Below are positions 30,312-40,002 of a DNA stretch of 56,573 bases, piece after piece. Origin of the DNA: Planctomycetota bacterium (GTDB taxonomy: Bacteria; Planctomycetota; UBA1135; GCA-002686595). The stretch's first letter is position 1. Every line of letters starts with the position of its first letter. A model generated the notes under the pieces. The model saw nothing but the letters and a program-made list of their open reading frames with translations. It had not been told where the DNA came from and searched no databases. The stretch spans positions 1 through 56,573 of the forward strand of contig CBFHHK010000003.1 of the NCBI GenBank assembly GCA_965655435.1, written 5' to 3'. Position numbers and translations under genes: made by a program.

Positions 30312-31997
30312 TCAGCCCATCGGGACGTCGACCCCGCGCTCCGAGGCGCAGGCCGTCGCCTCGTCGTAGCCGGCGTCCACGTGCCGGATCACGCCCATCC
30401 CGGGGTCCGCGGTGAGCACGCGCTCGAGGGCCGCTTCGGCCTCCGGCGTCCCGTCCGCCACGGTGACCTGGCCCGCGTGCAGGCTGTAGCCCATGCCGAC
30501 GCCGCCGCCATGGTGGAAGCTGACCCAGCTGGCGCCGCAGGCGGTGTTCACGAGGGCGTTGAGGATCGCCCAGTCGGCGACCGCGTCGGTGCCGTCCTTC
30601 ATCGCCTCGGTCTCGCGGTTGGGCGAGGCCACCGACCCACAGTCGAGGTGGTCCCGACCGATGACGACGGGCGCCTTGAGCTCGCCGCTGCGCACGGCGT
30701 CATTGAAGGCCTTCCCCGCCTTCGCGCGGGCGCCATAGCCCAGCCAGCAGATACGGGCCGGGAGCCCCTGGAAGGCGACCCGCTCCCCGGCCATCTTGAT
30801 CCAGCGCGCGAGGAGCTTGTCCTCGGGGAACAGCTCCAGGAGGATCCGGTCCGTCACGGCGATGTCCGCGGGGTCACCCGAGAGCGCCACCCAGCGGAAG
30901 GGGCCCTTGCCCTCGCAGAACAGCGGCCGGATGTACTTCGGCACGAAGCCCTCGAAGTCGAAGGCGTTCTCGAGCCCCGCCTCCTTGGCGAAGCCGCGCA
31001 GGTTGTTGCCGTAGTCAAAGGTGTCCGCCCCGCGGGCCTGCAGCTCGATCATGAGCTTGCAGTGCTCGACCATCGTGGCGAGGGAGCGCCGCTCGTACTG
31101 CTCGGGGTCCGCCGCGCGGAGCGCGTCCGCCTCGTCCAGCGAGACGCCGTCGGGCACGTAGCCGTTGAGCGGGTCGTGGGCGCTGGTCTGATCCGTGAGG
31201 ATGTCCGGCGTCACGTCGCGCTCGATCAAGCGGCGCAGCAGCTGCACCGCGTTGCACGGCACGCCGATCGACTTGGCGACCCCGGCCTCCTTCCACTCGA
31301 GCGCCTGGTCGATGGCCTCGTCGAGGTCGTCGATGCGCACGTCCACGTAGCGCGTCCGCAGCCTGAAGTCGATGTGGGCGGGGTCCACGTCCGCCGCGAT
31401 GCACGTGGCCTCGTTCATGGTCGCGGCCAGGGGCTGGGCGCCGCCCATGCCGCCGAGCCCGCCGGTGACCACGAGCCTCTTCGAGAGGGTCCCGCCGAAA
31501 TGACGGGTCGCCGAGGCGGCGAAGGTCTCGTAGGTGCCCTGCAGGATCCCCTGGGTCCCGATGTAGATCCACGAGCCCGCGGTCATCTGGCCGTACATCA
31601 TCTTCCCGGCCTCCTCGAGCTTGCGGAAGTGGTCCCAGTTGGCCCAGTTCCCCACGAGGTTGGAGTTGGCGATCAGCACCCGCGGCGCGCCCGCGTGGGT
31701 GCGGAAGACCCCCACCGGCTTGCCCGACTGGACGAGCAGGGTCTCGTCCGGCTCCAGGCGCTGGAGGGTCCGGACGATCGCCTGGAAGCACTCCCAGTTT
31801 CGCGCCGCCTTGCCCGTGCCGCCGTAGACCACGAGCTCCTCGGGGATCTCCGCCACCTCGGGGTCGAGGTTGTTCATGAGCATCCTCATGGCCGCCTCGG
31901 CTCCCCAGCTCTTGCAGGTTCGCTCCGCGCCGCGGGGCGCGCGCTGGGGACCGGTGGGGATGTCGACGGAGGGCTGAGCGGGGGTATCAAGGGTCAT
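30312..31997 (-). CDS. hutU: Urocanate hydratase
   Basis: [58 protein letters not shown] at 31997 inferred. Confidence 0.97.
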   Translation of the reverse strand: MTLDTPAQPSVDIPTGPQRAPRGAERTCKSWGAEAAMRMLMNNLDPEVAEIPEELVVYGGTGKAARNWECFQAIVRTLQRLEPDETLLVQSGKPVGVFRTHAGAPRVLIANSNLVGNWANWDHFRKLEEAGKMMYGQMTAGSWIYIGTQGILQGTYETFAASATRHFGGTLSKRLVVTGGLGGMGGAQPLAATMNEATCIAADVDPAHIDFRLRTRYVDVRIDDLDEAIDQALEWKEAGVAKSIGVPCNAVQLLRRLIERDVTPDILTDQTSAHDPLNGYVPDGVSLDEADALRAADPEQYERRSLATMVEHCKLMIELQARGADTFDYGNNLRGFAKEAGLENAFDFEGFVPKYIRPLFCEGKGPFRWVALSGDPADIAVTDRILLELFPEDKLLARWIKMAGERVAFQGLPARICWLGYGARAKAGKAFNDAVRSGELKAPVVIGRDHLDCGSVASPNRETEAMKDGTDAVADWAILNALVNTACGASWVSFHHGGGVGMGYSLHAGQVTVADGTPEAEAALERVLTADPGMGVIRHVDAGYDEATACASERGVDVPMG

Positions 31998-32111
31998 GGT
32001 GACGGCCAATGTAGCCCCCACCAGGGACCAGAGAAGCCGCCATGAACGGGGAATGAGGCATTCCACAATTCGGTCCCCCCGTGAGTTTTCCCGGGGTCGA
32101 GGGGTGACTTC

Positions 32112-32126
32112 TTGACGATCCGTCAA
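32112..32126. promoter_or_regulatory. Inverted repeat TTGACG-ATC-CGTCAA, probable TetR operator
   Basis: Perfect 6-bp palindrome 11 nt upstream of the tetR GTG, next to an AAAAAT -10-like box. Confidence 0.55.
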
Positions 32127-32137
32127 AAAATGAGCCC

Positions 32138-32866
32138 GTGACGCTCAGCCCCAAGCAACAGGAGATCCGTGACCGCGAGGAGCTCCTCCTCGACGTCGCC
32201 CAGCGCATGCTGCTGGAGCGGGGATACGAGGAGCTCCGCATGGACAGGGTCGCGGAGGCCATCGGCGTCTCGAAGGGCACCGTCTACCAGCACTTCGGGA
32301 GCCGGGACGACCTGCTCGCGGCGGTCGCGGCCCGCAGCGCCGGGACCCGCGCCGCGCTCTTCGAGCGAGCCCAAGGGTTCGAGGGGTCGTCGCGCGAACG
32401 CATGGGGGCGGTGGAGGCCGCCGCCGAGGTGTTCTTCGCGCTCTTCCCCCACCACGAGCAGGCCGAGCGCCTCGTCCGCGCGGCCCACCTCTCGCCCGGC
32501 ATCAGCGCTGAGCGCATCGCCGCACTCGAGACGAGCACCCAGCGGTGCTTCGGGGTGGCCACTCGCATCGCCACCGAGGCCGTGGCATCCGGAGACCTCC
32601 CCCTGCGCGAAGGCCAGACGGTAGGGCAGCTCTGCGTCGGCCTCTGGAACCTCTATCAGGGCGCCTTCCTGATGCGAGACCTCGAGAAGTTCATGTCCGA
32701 CCCCGCCGTCGACGATGCCATCGGAACGCTACAGCGCAACGCGCGGGTCTTCCTCGACGGCTTCGGCTGGCGACCGCTCTCCACCGAAGTCGACTACACC
32801 GCGGCCCGCGAACGAGCGCTGAACGAGCTCTTCGCCGCCGAGGCCCAAGCGGCCGGTCTCCTCTGA
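32138..32866 (+). CDS. TetR/AcrR family transcriptional regulator
   Basis: [34 protein letters not shown]. Confidence 0.93.
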   Translation: MTLSPKQQEIRDREELLLDVAQRMLLERGYEELRMDRVAEAIGVSKGTVYQHFGSRDDLLAAVAARSAGTRAALFERAQGFEGSSRERMGAVEAAAEVFFALFPHHEQAERLVRAAHLSPGISAERIAALETSTQRCFGVATRIATEAVASGDLPLREGQTVGQLCVGLWNLYQGAFLMRDLEKFMSDPAVDDAIGTLQRNARVFLDGFGWRPLSTEVDYTAARERALNELFAAEAQAAGLL

Positions 32867-32879
32867 GCCCGCCCCCACC

Positions 32880-34226
32880 ATGAGAAAGATCCTCCCCACC
32901 CTCGTCGGGCTCACCGCCCTGTGCGCCATCGGCCTCGGGCTGAACCACCTGATCACCCAGCGGACCCAGGTCGCGATGGAGCGCCTCGGTGAGACCGATG
33001 AGCCGCGCGTCCTCCCCGTGGAGGTGGCGACGCTGCGCTACCAGAGCTCGTTCACGAGCCCGCGGCAATTCACCGGCACCGTGTCGGCGCGCCGCCGCGC
33101 GGAGCTCTCCTTCGAGGGCACCGGGCGGGTCAAGGCCGTCCTCGTGGACGACGGCGAAGAGGTCCTCGCGGGGGCCACCCTCGCCCAGCTCGATGTCCAG
33201 CAGCTCGCCGCACGGCGCGCAGAGATCGAGGCCCGCCGGGTCCGACTCGAGGCCCAGCTGCAGGAGCTCGTGGCCGGACCACGCGAGGAGGTGATCGACG
33301 CCGCAGAGGCCAACGTGGACGCCCTCGCAGAGGAGCTCAAGCTCGCCGCACGCCTCCTCGAGCGGCGGGTCGAGATCGCCGAGAGGGGGTCCATCAGCGC
33401 GGAGCAACTCGATACGGCGAGGGCCGAGGTGAAGACGATCGAGGCCCGCCTGGCGGGCGCCCGCGCCAACCTCGAGGAGCTCAATCAGGGCACACGGCAG
33501 GAGTCCATCGCGGCCCAGCGCGGCTCCCTTGGCGAGCTGGACGCGGCCCTCGCCGCCATGGACGTGCAGATCGGCAACATGACCCTGGTGGCGCCCTTCG
33601 CGGGCACCGTCGAGGCCCGCCACCTGGATGAGGGCGCGGTGGTGTCCCAGCAGATGCCGCGCACGGCCTTCGTGCTCTCGGAGACCGCGGCGCTCGAGGC
33701 GCGCATCGGGCTCCCTGGCGCCCTCGTCGGGGCGCTCTGTGAGGACCCGTCCAGCGCGAAGCTGACCTTCGACGGCCGCCCGATCGAGGTGGCCCGAGCC
33801 CGCGCTCTCCCCGTCGTGGACAGCGGGACCCGCACCATCACGGTCGTCTTCTCCCTGGCCGAGGGCACCCTCCGGGTGCGCCCCGGAGACCTCGTGCGCC
33901 TCGAGGTCTCAGTCGAGCGACCCGAGCGCGGCGCGTGGATCCCCATCGCCGCGCTCTCGGAGAGCCAGCGCGGACTTTGGAGCGCCTTCTCCGTCGAGGA
34001 GACTGACGGCGGCAGCAGCGTCGTCCGCCGTGCAGAGCTCGAGGTCCTCCACGTGGAATCCGACCGGGCCTTCGTGCGTGGAACCCTCGAGCCTGGGGCC
34101 GCCGTCGTGGTCTCCGGGACCCACCGGCTGACGCCGGGACAGGCGGTCTCCAAGATCGCCGCGGTGTCGCCGCCTGCGAGCTCCCCCGACGGCCGGGCCC
34201 CTGGTCCCGCCAGAGCTCAGCACTGA
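32880..34226 (+). CDS. Efflux RND transporter periplasmic adaptor (MFP)
   Basis: N-terminal anchor; lipoyl halves GRVKAVLVDDG and LVAPFAGTV; long coiled coil. Confidence 0.9.
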   Translation: MRKILPTLVGLTALCAIGLGLNHLITQRTQVAMERLGETDEPRVLPVEVATLRYQSSFTSPRQFTGTVSARRRAELSFEGTGRVKAVLVDDGEEVLAGATLAQLDVQQLAARRAEIEARRVRLEAQLQELVAGPREEVIDAAEANVDALAEELKLAARLLERRVEIAERGSISAEQLDTARAEVKTIEARLAGARANLEELNQGTRQESIAAQRGSLGELDAALAAMDVQIGNMTLVAPFAGTVEARHLDEGAVVSQQMPRTAFVLSETAALEARIGLPGALVGALCEDPSSAKLTFDGRPIEVARARALPVVDSGTRTITVVFSLAEGTLRVRPGDLVRLEVSVERPERGAWIPIAALSESQRGLWSAFSVEETDGGSSVVRRAELEVLHVESDRAFVRGTLEPGAAVVVSGTHRLTPGQAVSKIAAVSPPASSPDGRAPGPARAQH

Positions 34227-34238
34227 TCCCGCGACCCG

Positions 34239-37200
34239 ATGCAGCTCACCAACCTGTTCTATCGGAGCCCGCGGCTCCTCGCGCTGACGCTCCTGCTCAT
34301 CCTCACGGCCGGCTCTTCGGCGCTGATGTCGCTGCCCCGCGCCGAGGACCCGACCCTCTCCCAGAGGAACGCCACGGTCTTCACGGCCTTCCCTGGCGCC
34401 GACGCAGAGCGCGTCGAGGCCCTCGTCACGGAGATCATCGAGGATGCCCTCGCCGAGTTCGAGGAGATCAAAGAGCTCAAGTCCATCTCCCGCGCCGGGC
34501 TCTCGACGATCGCGATCGAGCTGAACGACGACGAGTATCTGGTCGATGAGATCTGGGCCCGCATGCGCGACGACCTCGAGGGCGCCCGCGGGGACCTCCC
34601 GCTGACCTCGGGCTCCCCGGAGCTCGTGGAGTTCGAGCTCGCGGCCTTCACCCTCATGGTCGGCCTCACGTGGGACGCCGAGGTCCCGGTCGAGCGGGCC
34701 ATCCTCGGGCGGCTGAGCGAGGGCGTGGCCGACCGGCTCCGCTCCGTCGGCGGAACCAGCGACGTCGTGATCCACGGCGCCCCGGACGAGGAGGTGCTGG
34801 TCGACCTCGACCCGGGCCCGGCGGCGGCCCTCGGGCTCGACGCTGCCTCCCTCGCCCTCTCCCTCCTGCGCCGTGACGCGAAGGTGGGCGCAGGCGAGGT
34901 CACCGGCGGCGCGAACGAGCTCCAGGTTGAGGTCTCCGGGGAGTTCAAGTCGCTCGAGGCCATCCGCAATGTCATCGTCGACCGGGACCTGACAGGGGGG
35001 GCGTTCGTCCGGCTCGGTGACGTGGCGCGGGTGCGCAAGGCCGAGCGGCAGCCGCGCGCCACCGCGGCCCTCATCGACGGGCAGCCGGGCGTCGTGATCG
35101 CGGCGCGCATGGAGCCCGGTCGGCGCGTGGACCTCTGGTCCAGGTCCGCGCGGTCCGAGGCCAACGAGGCCATCGAGGCCCTGCCCCACGGCGTCAAGGG
35201 CGAGGTGCTCTTCGACCAGGCCAGGTACACCGAGGAGCGCCTGGGGAGCCTCGTGTTCAACTTTGTCCTCGGCGCGGGCCTCGTGATGCTCGTGATCCTC
35301 TTCACCATGGGCTGGCGCTCGGCCCTCGTCGTCGGCACCGCCCTCCCACTCACGACGTTCGTGGTCCTCCAGGGCCTGCTCCTCCTCGACATCCCCCTCC
35401 ACCAGATGTCGGTGACCGGGATGATCATCGCCCTCGGGCTCCTGATCGACAATGCGATCGTCGTCGTCGACGAGGTCAGGCACCGGTTGCTCGCGGGCGA
35501 GACCCGGGCCGGGGCGGTGTCCCACGCGGTACGGCACCTCGCGGTTCCCCTGCTCGGGTCGACCGTGACGACCGCCCTCGCCTTCGCCCCCATCGCCCTC
35601 ATGCCGGGGGGCGCGGGGGAGTTCGTGGGCCCCATTGCGGTGAGCGTCGTGCTCGCGGTCGCCACCTCCTTCCTGCTCGCCCTGACCGTGACGCCGGCCC
35701 TCGCCGCGCACCTCGACCGCCTCTTCCCGACCTCCGAGTCCGGCGGGGTCCTCGCGCGGGGTGTCTACCTGCCCCGCGTGGATCGCGTCTACAGCGTCGC
35801 GCTCCGCTTCCTCCTGGGCCGACCGGCCCTGGCCTTCGGGGTCGCCCTCCTGCCGCCGGCGCTGGGCTTCATCGCGGCGACGTCCCTGCCCGAGCAGTTC
35901 TTCCCGCCCGCCGACCGCGACCAGTTCAACGTGGAGCTCGAGCTCCACCGCAGCTCGTCCCTGGAGGTCACCGAGGAGGTGGCGCGCGCGGCCCGGGAGC
36001 TGATGCTGCAGCACCCCCGGGTCGAGCGCGTCCAGCTCTTCCTCGGGGAGAGCGGGCCGAAGTACTACTACAACCTCGTGGAGAACCAGCGGGACGCGCC
36101 GTACTTCGCCCAGGCGATGGTCCAGCTGGACGGCCCCAAGGACTCCATGCAGGTGGTGCGCGAGATCCAGGAGCGGCTCGACCGGGGGCTGCCTCAGGCC
36201 CGCTTCCTCGCCCGACAGATCGAGCAGGGGCCCCCCTTCGACGCCCCGGTCGAGCTGCACCTCTATGGCCCGGACCTCCCCCGGCTGCGTTCCATCGGAG
36301 AGGACCTGCGGCGGCTCCTCAGCGAGACGCCGGACGTGACCCACGCGAACTCGACCCTGCGGGGAGGGGCGCCGAAGCTCCGCCTGCAGCTGGGCGAGGA
36401 GGCCGCGAGCCTCGCGGGCACGGACAACATCGGCGTCGCCGCCGCGCTGGAGTCCACGCTCAACGGGGTCGTCGGCGGCTCCTTGATCGAGGCAAACGAG
36501 GAGCTCGACGTCCGGGTGCGGCTCGCACCAGGGGCCGAGGACGGCGTCGCGCGCCTCGAGGACCTCGCGCTTCCGACGCGGGCTGGCTGGACCAACCTGG
36601 CCTCCCTGGGCGAGCTCTCCCTGGTCCCAGACACCTCCTCCATCGCCCACAGGAACCGGCGCAGGGTGGTCACGACCCAGGGCTTCCTGCGGGCCGGAAC
36701 GCTCCCCAGCCGCGCCCTCGAACGATTCCTGGAGATGCCCGGGGTCGCCGACCGAGAGCTCCCCGTCGGGTTCGAGCTGGAGGTCGGCGGTGAGTCCGCG
36801 AAGCGGGACGAGGCCGTGGGCAACCTCGCCGGCTCCGCTGCGCTCCTGATGGTGCTGATGGCCGCCTCCCTGGTCCTGACCTTCAACTCCTTCCGCCTCG
36901 CGGCGCTGATCGGGGTCGTCGGCGTGTCATCCATCGGGCTCGCCATGCTCGCGGTCGCGGTCTACGGCGCGCCCTTCGGCTTCATGACCATCGTCGGTGC
37001 CATGGGGCTGATCGGGATCGCGATCAACGACTCGATCGTGGTGCTGGCAGCGCTGCGCGAGAACCCGATGGCGCGCGCGGGCGAGCTGGACGCCTCCGTC
37101 CAGGTGATCCGACGTGCCTCTCGGCACGTGGTCTCCACCTCGCTGACGACGATGGCCGGGTTCGCTCCGCTCATCCTCGCCGGCGGCGGCTTCTGGCCCC

Positions 37201-37373
37201 CGCTCGCCGTGGCCATCGCAGGCGGCGTGGCTGGCGCCACGCTCATCGCCGTGACCCTGGTGCCGGCCGCCCACCTGCTGATCGCGCGCAGCATGATCCG
37301 CGCCGAGCTCCGGGCGGAGTCGCGTCGCGCCCTGCGGCGCGCAGCCTTCGCGGAGCGCAGCTCCGCGACGTGA
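34239..37373 (+). CDS. Efflux RND transporter permease (AcrB/AcrD/AcrF family)
   Basis: PGADAERVE, GLLIDNAIVVVDE, STVTT...FAP, GIAINDSIV, TSLTT.AGFAP; 1044 aa. Confidence 0.93.
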   Translation: MQLTNLFYRSPRLLALTLLLILTAGSSALMSLPRAEDPTLSQRNATVFTAFPGADAERVEALVTEIIEDALAEFEEIKELKSISRAGLSTIAIELNDDEYLVDEIWARMRDDLEGARGDLPLTSGSPELVEFELAAFTLMVGLTWDAEVPVERAILGRLSEGVADRLRSVGGTSDVVIHGAPDEEVLVDLDPGPAAALGLDAASLALSLLRRDAKVGAGEVTGGANELQVEVSGEFKSLEAIRNVIVDRDLTGGAFVRLGDVARVRKAERQPRATAALIDGQPGVVIAARMEPGRRVDLWSRSARSEANEAIEALPHGVKGEVLFDQARYTEERLGSLVFNFVLGAGLVMLVILFTMGWRSALVVGTALPLTTFVVLQGLLLLDIPLHQMSVTGMIIALGLLIDNAIVVVDEVRHRLLAGETRAGAVSHAVRHLAVPLLGSTVTTALAFAPIALMPGGAGEFVGPIAVSVVLAVATSFLLALTVTPALAAHLDRLFPTSESGGVLARGVYLPRVDRVYSVALRFLLGRPALAFGVALLPPALGFIAATSLPEQFFPPADRDQFNVELELHRSSSLEVTEEVARAARELMLQHPRVERVQLFLGESGPKYYYNLVENQRDAPYFAQAMVQLDGPKDSMQVVREIQERLDRGLPQARFLARQIEQGPPFDAPVELHLYGPDLPRLRSIGEDLRRLLSETPDVTHANSTLRGGAPKLRLQLGEEAASLAGTDNIGVAAALESTLNGVVGGSLIEANEELDVRVRLAPGAEDGVARLEDLALPTRAGWTNLASLGELSLVPDTSSIAHRNRRRVVTTQGFLRAGTLPSRALERFLEMPGVADRELPVGFELEVGGESAKRDEAVGNLAGSAALLMVLMAASLVLTFNSFRLAALIGVVGVSSIGLAMLAVAVYGAPFGFMTIVGAMGLIGIAINDSIVVLAALRENPMARAGELDASVQVIRRASRHVVSTSLTTMAGFAPLILAGGGFWPPLAVAIAGGVAGATLIAVTLVPAAHLLIARSMIRAELRAESRRALRRAAFAERSSAT

Positions 37374-37376
37374 GCG

Positions 37377-39029
37377 TCAGGCCGCGCGGCGGACGGCGCG
37401 GGGCGCGTGCTCACCGAGCAGCAGCTCGCGCGCGCGGTCCGCGGGGACCGGGGGGCTGAAGAAGTACCCCTGCACCTCGTTGCACTGCAGCACCTTGAGG
37501 AAGGCCAGCTGGCTCTCGGTCTCGACCCCCTCGGCCACGACCTTGAGGTTCATGCTGTGCCCCATCAGGATGATCGCCGTGGTGATCGCCGCGTCGTTGG
37601 GATTGCCGGTGACGTCGCTGATGAAGGTCCGGTCGATCTTCAGGGAGTTGACCGGGAAGCTCTTGAGATAGGCCAGTGAGGAGTACCCCGTGCCGAAGTC
37701 GTCAATCGACACGTGCACGCCGCGGCTCTGCAGCCGCCCGAGGATGGCCGCAGCCTCCTTCGGGTCGTCCATGAGCAGGCTCTCGGTCACCTCGAGCTCG
37801 AGCCCGTCGGCGGGGAGCCCGGCGTCCTCCAGCGCGCTGCCCACCGTCTCCTCGAGGTCCGAGCTGCGGAACTGAATGCTGGAGAGGTTGACCGAGATCC
37901 GGATCGGAGCGATCCCCTCGGCCCGCCACTCGGCGTTCTGCCGGCACGCCTCACGCAGGACCCACTCGCCGATCGGGACGATGAGTCCGGTCTCCTCGGC
38001 GATGGGAATGAACTGGGCCGGCGAGACGAGCCCGAAGACGGGATGCTTCCAGCGCACCAAGGCCTCCATCCCGTTCATGCCGCTGGTCTCCATGTCGACC
38101 CGGGGCTGGTAGTAGACGGTGATCTCGCCGTTATGCAGCGCACTCCGGAGGCTCGTCTCGAGCGCGAGGCGCTCGAAGGCCCAGCGCTCCATGGAGTCGG
38201 TGAAGAACCTGATCTGGCTCCCGTCGGCTCGCCCGTCTCGCTCTGCCGCCTCTCGCGCGCGCTGGGTGATCTGGACAGGGTCGATCCCGTCGTCAGGCGA
38301 GCACGAGATCCCGATCCGGCATTCGGCGCCGCGGTTCGACGAGAGGGTGCTCTGGAGGCGCTTGCCGAGCAGCGCCGCATCGTGGATGAGATGAATGGAG
38401 GGCAGGCAGAAGACGACCGAGCCGTCCTCGAACTGACTCAGGATCATCCGTGAGTGAGAGAAGGAGGCCTCCCGGGCATCCTCGAGCGCCTCCGATTGTT
38501 CCTGGACCGCCTGCTGAACGAAGGCGGCGAAGCCGGCGTCCCCACCGTCCTCCTCCCGCACGCAGAAGAGCACCAGCGGGCGCTCACGCTCTCGAGCCCG
38601 TTCGAGTTGGACGCCGATACTCGTGTGGAAGTGATCCAGTCGGTAGGAGCCCACAGGACGAGCGCCCCGGTCTCCGCCGTGCCGCCCGGTCCCACCGAGC
38701 CGCCGCAGGATCAGCTCTGCGGGGACGCCCGGGCGGAAGACCTCGGTCACGCCGAGCCCCAACAGGGTCGCCTCGTCCAGCTCCTCGGTGACGAGCGCCA
38801 CGACCGAGGCGTAGCGCTGGACCATGCTCTCGATGAAGCAGGCCGCCGACAGGCCAGCAGGTGCCAGGGCGGGGTCCACCACGAGCCGGGCTGACGGCTC
38901 TCCGGGCGCTCCCCCCGCGCAGGGGTGCTCGACCATGGTCGGCTTCAGCCCCGAGATCGCGCAGAGTCGCTCCAGGGAGCCGCCGAGGTCAGCATCGGCG
39001 AGGCTGATATGGACTGAGGTGGGGAGCAT
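37377..39029 (-). CDS. EAL-domain c-di-GMP phosphodiesterase with a degenerate GGDEF and a degenerate N-terminal (receiver-like) domain
   Basis: YQP, EALVRW, FIPIAEETGLI, LEVTES, DDFGTGYSSL, KIDRTF, AEGVE, QGYFF. Start uncertain. Confidence 0.9.
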   Translation of the reverse strand: MLPTSVHISLADADLGGSLERLCAISGLKPTMVEHPCAGGAPGEPSARLVVDPALAPAGLSAACFIESMVQRYASVVALVTEELDEATLLGLGVTEVFRPGVPAELILRRLGGTGRHGGDRGARPVGSYRLDHFHTSIGVQLERARERERPLVLFCVREEDGGDAGFAAFVQQAVQEQSEALEDAREASFSHSRMILSQFEDGSVVFCLPSIHLIHDAALLGKRLQSTLSSNRGAECRIGISCSPDDGIDPVQITQRAREAAERDGRADGSQIRFFTDSMERWAFERLALETSLRSALHNGEITVYYQPRVDMETSGMNGMEALVRWKHPVFGLVSPAQFIPIAEETGLIVPIGEWVLREACRQNAEWRAEGIAPIRISVNLSSIQFRSSDLEETVGSALEDAGLPADGLELEVTESLLMDDPKEAAAILGRLQSRGVHVSIDDFGTGYSSLAYLKSFPVNSLKIDRTFISDVTGNPNDAAITTAIILMGHSMNLKVVAEGVETESQLAFLKVLQCNEVQGYFFSPPVPADRARELLLGEHAPRAVRRAA

Positions 39030-39269
39030 GGCGAGAGGGCACTTCGCCCTCACCCAGTGGTCTTCGGCCAGATGGGGTCCGCTTCCTGAGCCCGTCGTAG
39101 GAGCCAGCAGCAGGATTCTTGGGAGGATCCGGCGGCGCCAGGCCAATCGAGGGGGTCCCGGCGGGACCGTCAGGGCTCTCGAGCGCCGCGGTCACGGGCA
39201 CGGGGGATGTCCCCTGCGGGCTCTGGAAGGGCGACTCCTGGCCCCCGTGCCCCTATTCTTGGACAGGCC

Positions 39270-39839
39270 ATGAGTCACTCCCTCGTCCCCCTCCGGCTGC
39301 TCTCCCCGCTCGCCCTCCTGGTCCTCGCGGCATCGCTCCTCGGCTGTCGCTCCACCAGCGCGCCCTATCGCTTCTCACCCAGCCCCCTCGAGGTCCTCGT
39401 CCAGGAGCGCCCGGACGCGCCCATCCTGGCCCGGGTCCTCGTCGGTATCCCGGGCGCCGAGCGGGTCGGGCGTCGCTCGAAGGGCTACCCCGAACTCCTG
39501 GTGAGGCTGCGCCTGGAGAACAAGGGCCTCACCCCCCTGGCCATCGACCCCGCGAGCTGCGTCTTGCTCGGCTCTGACCTGGCCCGCTTCGGTGACGCAC
39601 GCCCGGAGCGACCCGGCGCCCTGACCGCAGCGCCCGGCGCGTCCGAGACCATGCTCCTGCGCTTCCCCTTCCCCATGGATGGCGACCTCGAGGCGCCCCT
39701 GCTCACGGGCGTCAACCTCCAGTTCGAGGTCCAGGTGGACGGCCGTGCGGTCGAGGCCAGCGTGACGATCGAGCGGGTCTTCCCCGTGGAGGTCGTCCCC
39801 ACGACGACCTTCAGCACTTGCTTCTACTACGGGATGTGA
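39270..39839 (+). CDS. Hypothetical lipoprotein
   Basis: Signal peptide ending in lipobox LLGC; beta-rich body. Confidence 0.7.
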   Translation: MSHSLVPLRLLSPLALLVLAASLLGCRSTSAPYRFSPSPLEVLVQERPDAPILARVLVGIPGAERVGRRSKGYPELLVRLRLENKGLTPLAIDPASCVLLGSDLARFGDARPERPGALTAAPGASETMLLRFPFPMDGDLEAPLLTGVNLQFEVQVDGRAVEASVTIERVFPVEVVPTTTFSTCFYYGM

Positions 39840-40002
39840 GTCGCCGCGCCACCGCGCTCGCCCCCTGGCCGCGTGCCTCCCTGACTCCCCGGCTGCCTGG
39901 TCCAATGATCCGCCGGCTCACTGGTCCACTGGTCCACTGGCCCGCCGGCCCGCCGGCCTCTTGCGCCCCCAGCGCCCCTTACAGCTTCGGGCCAGGGCCG
40001 GT

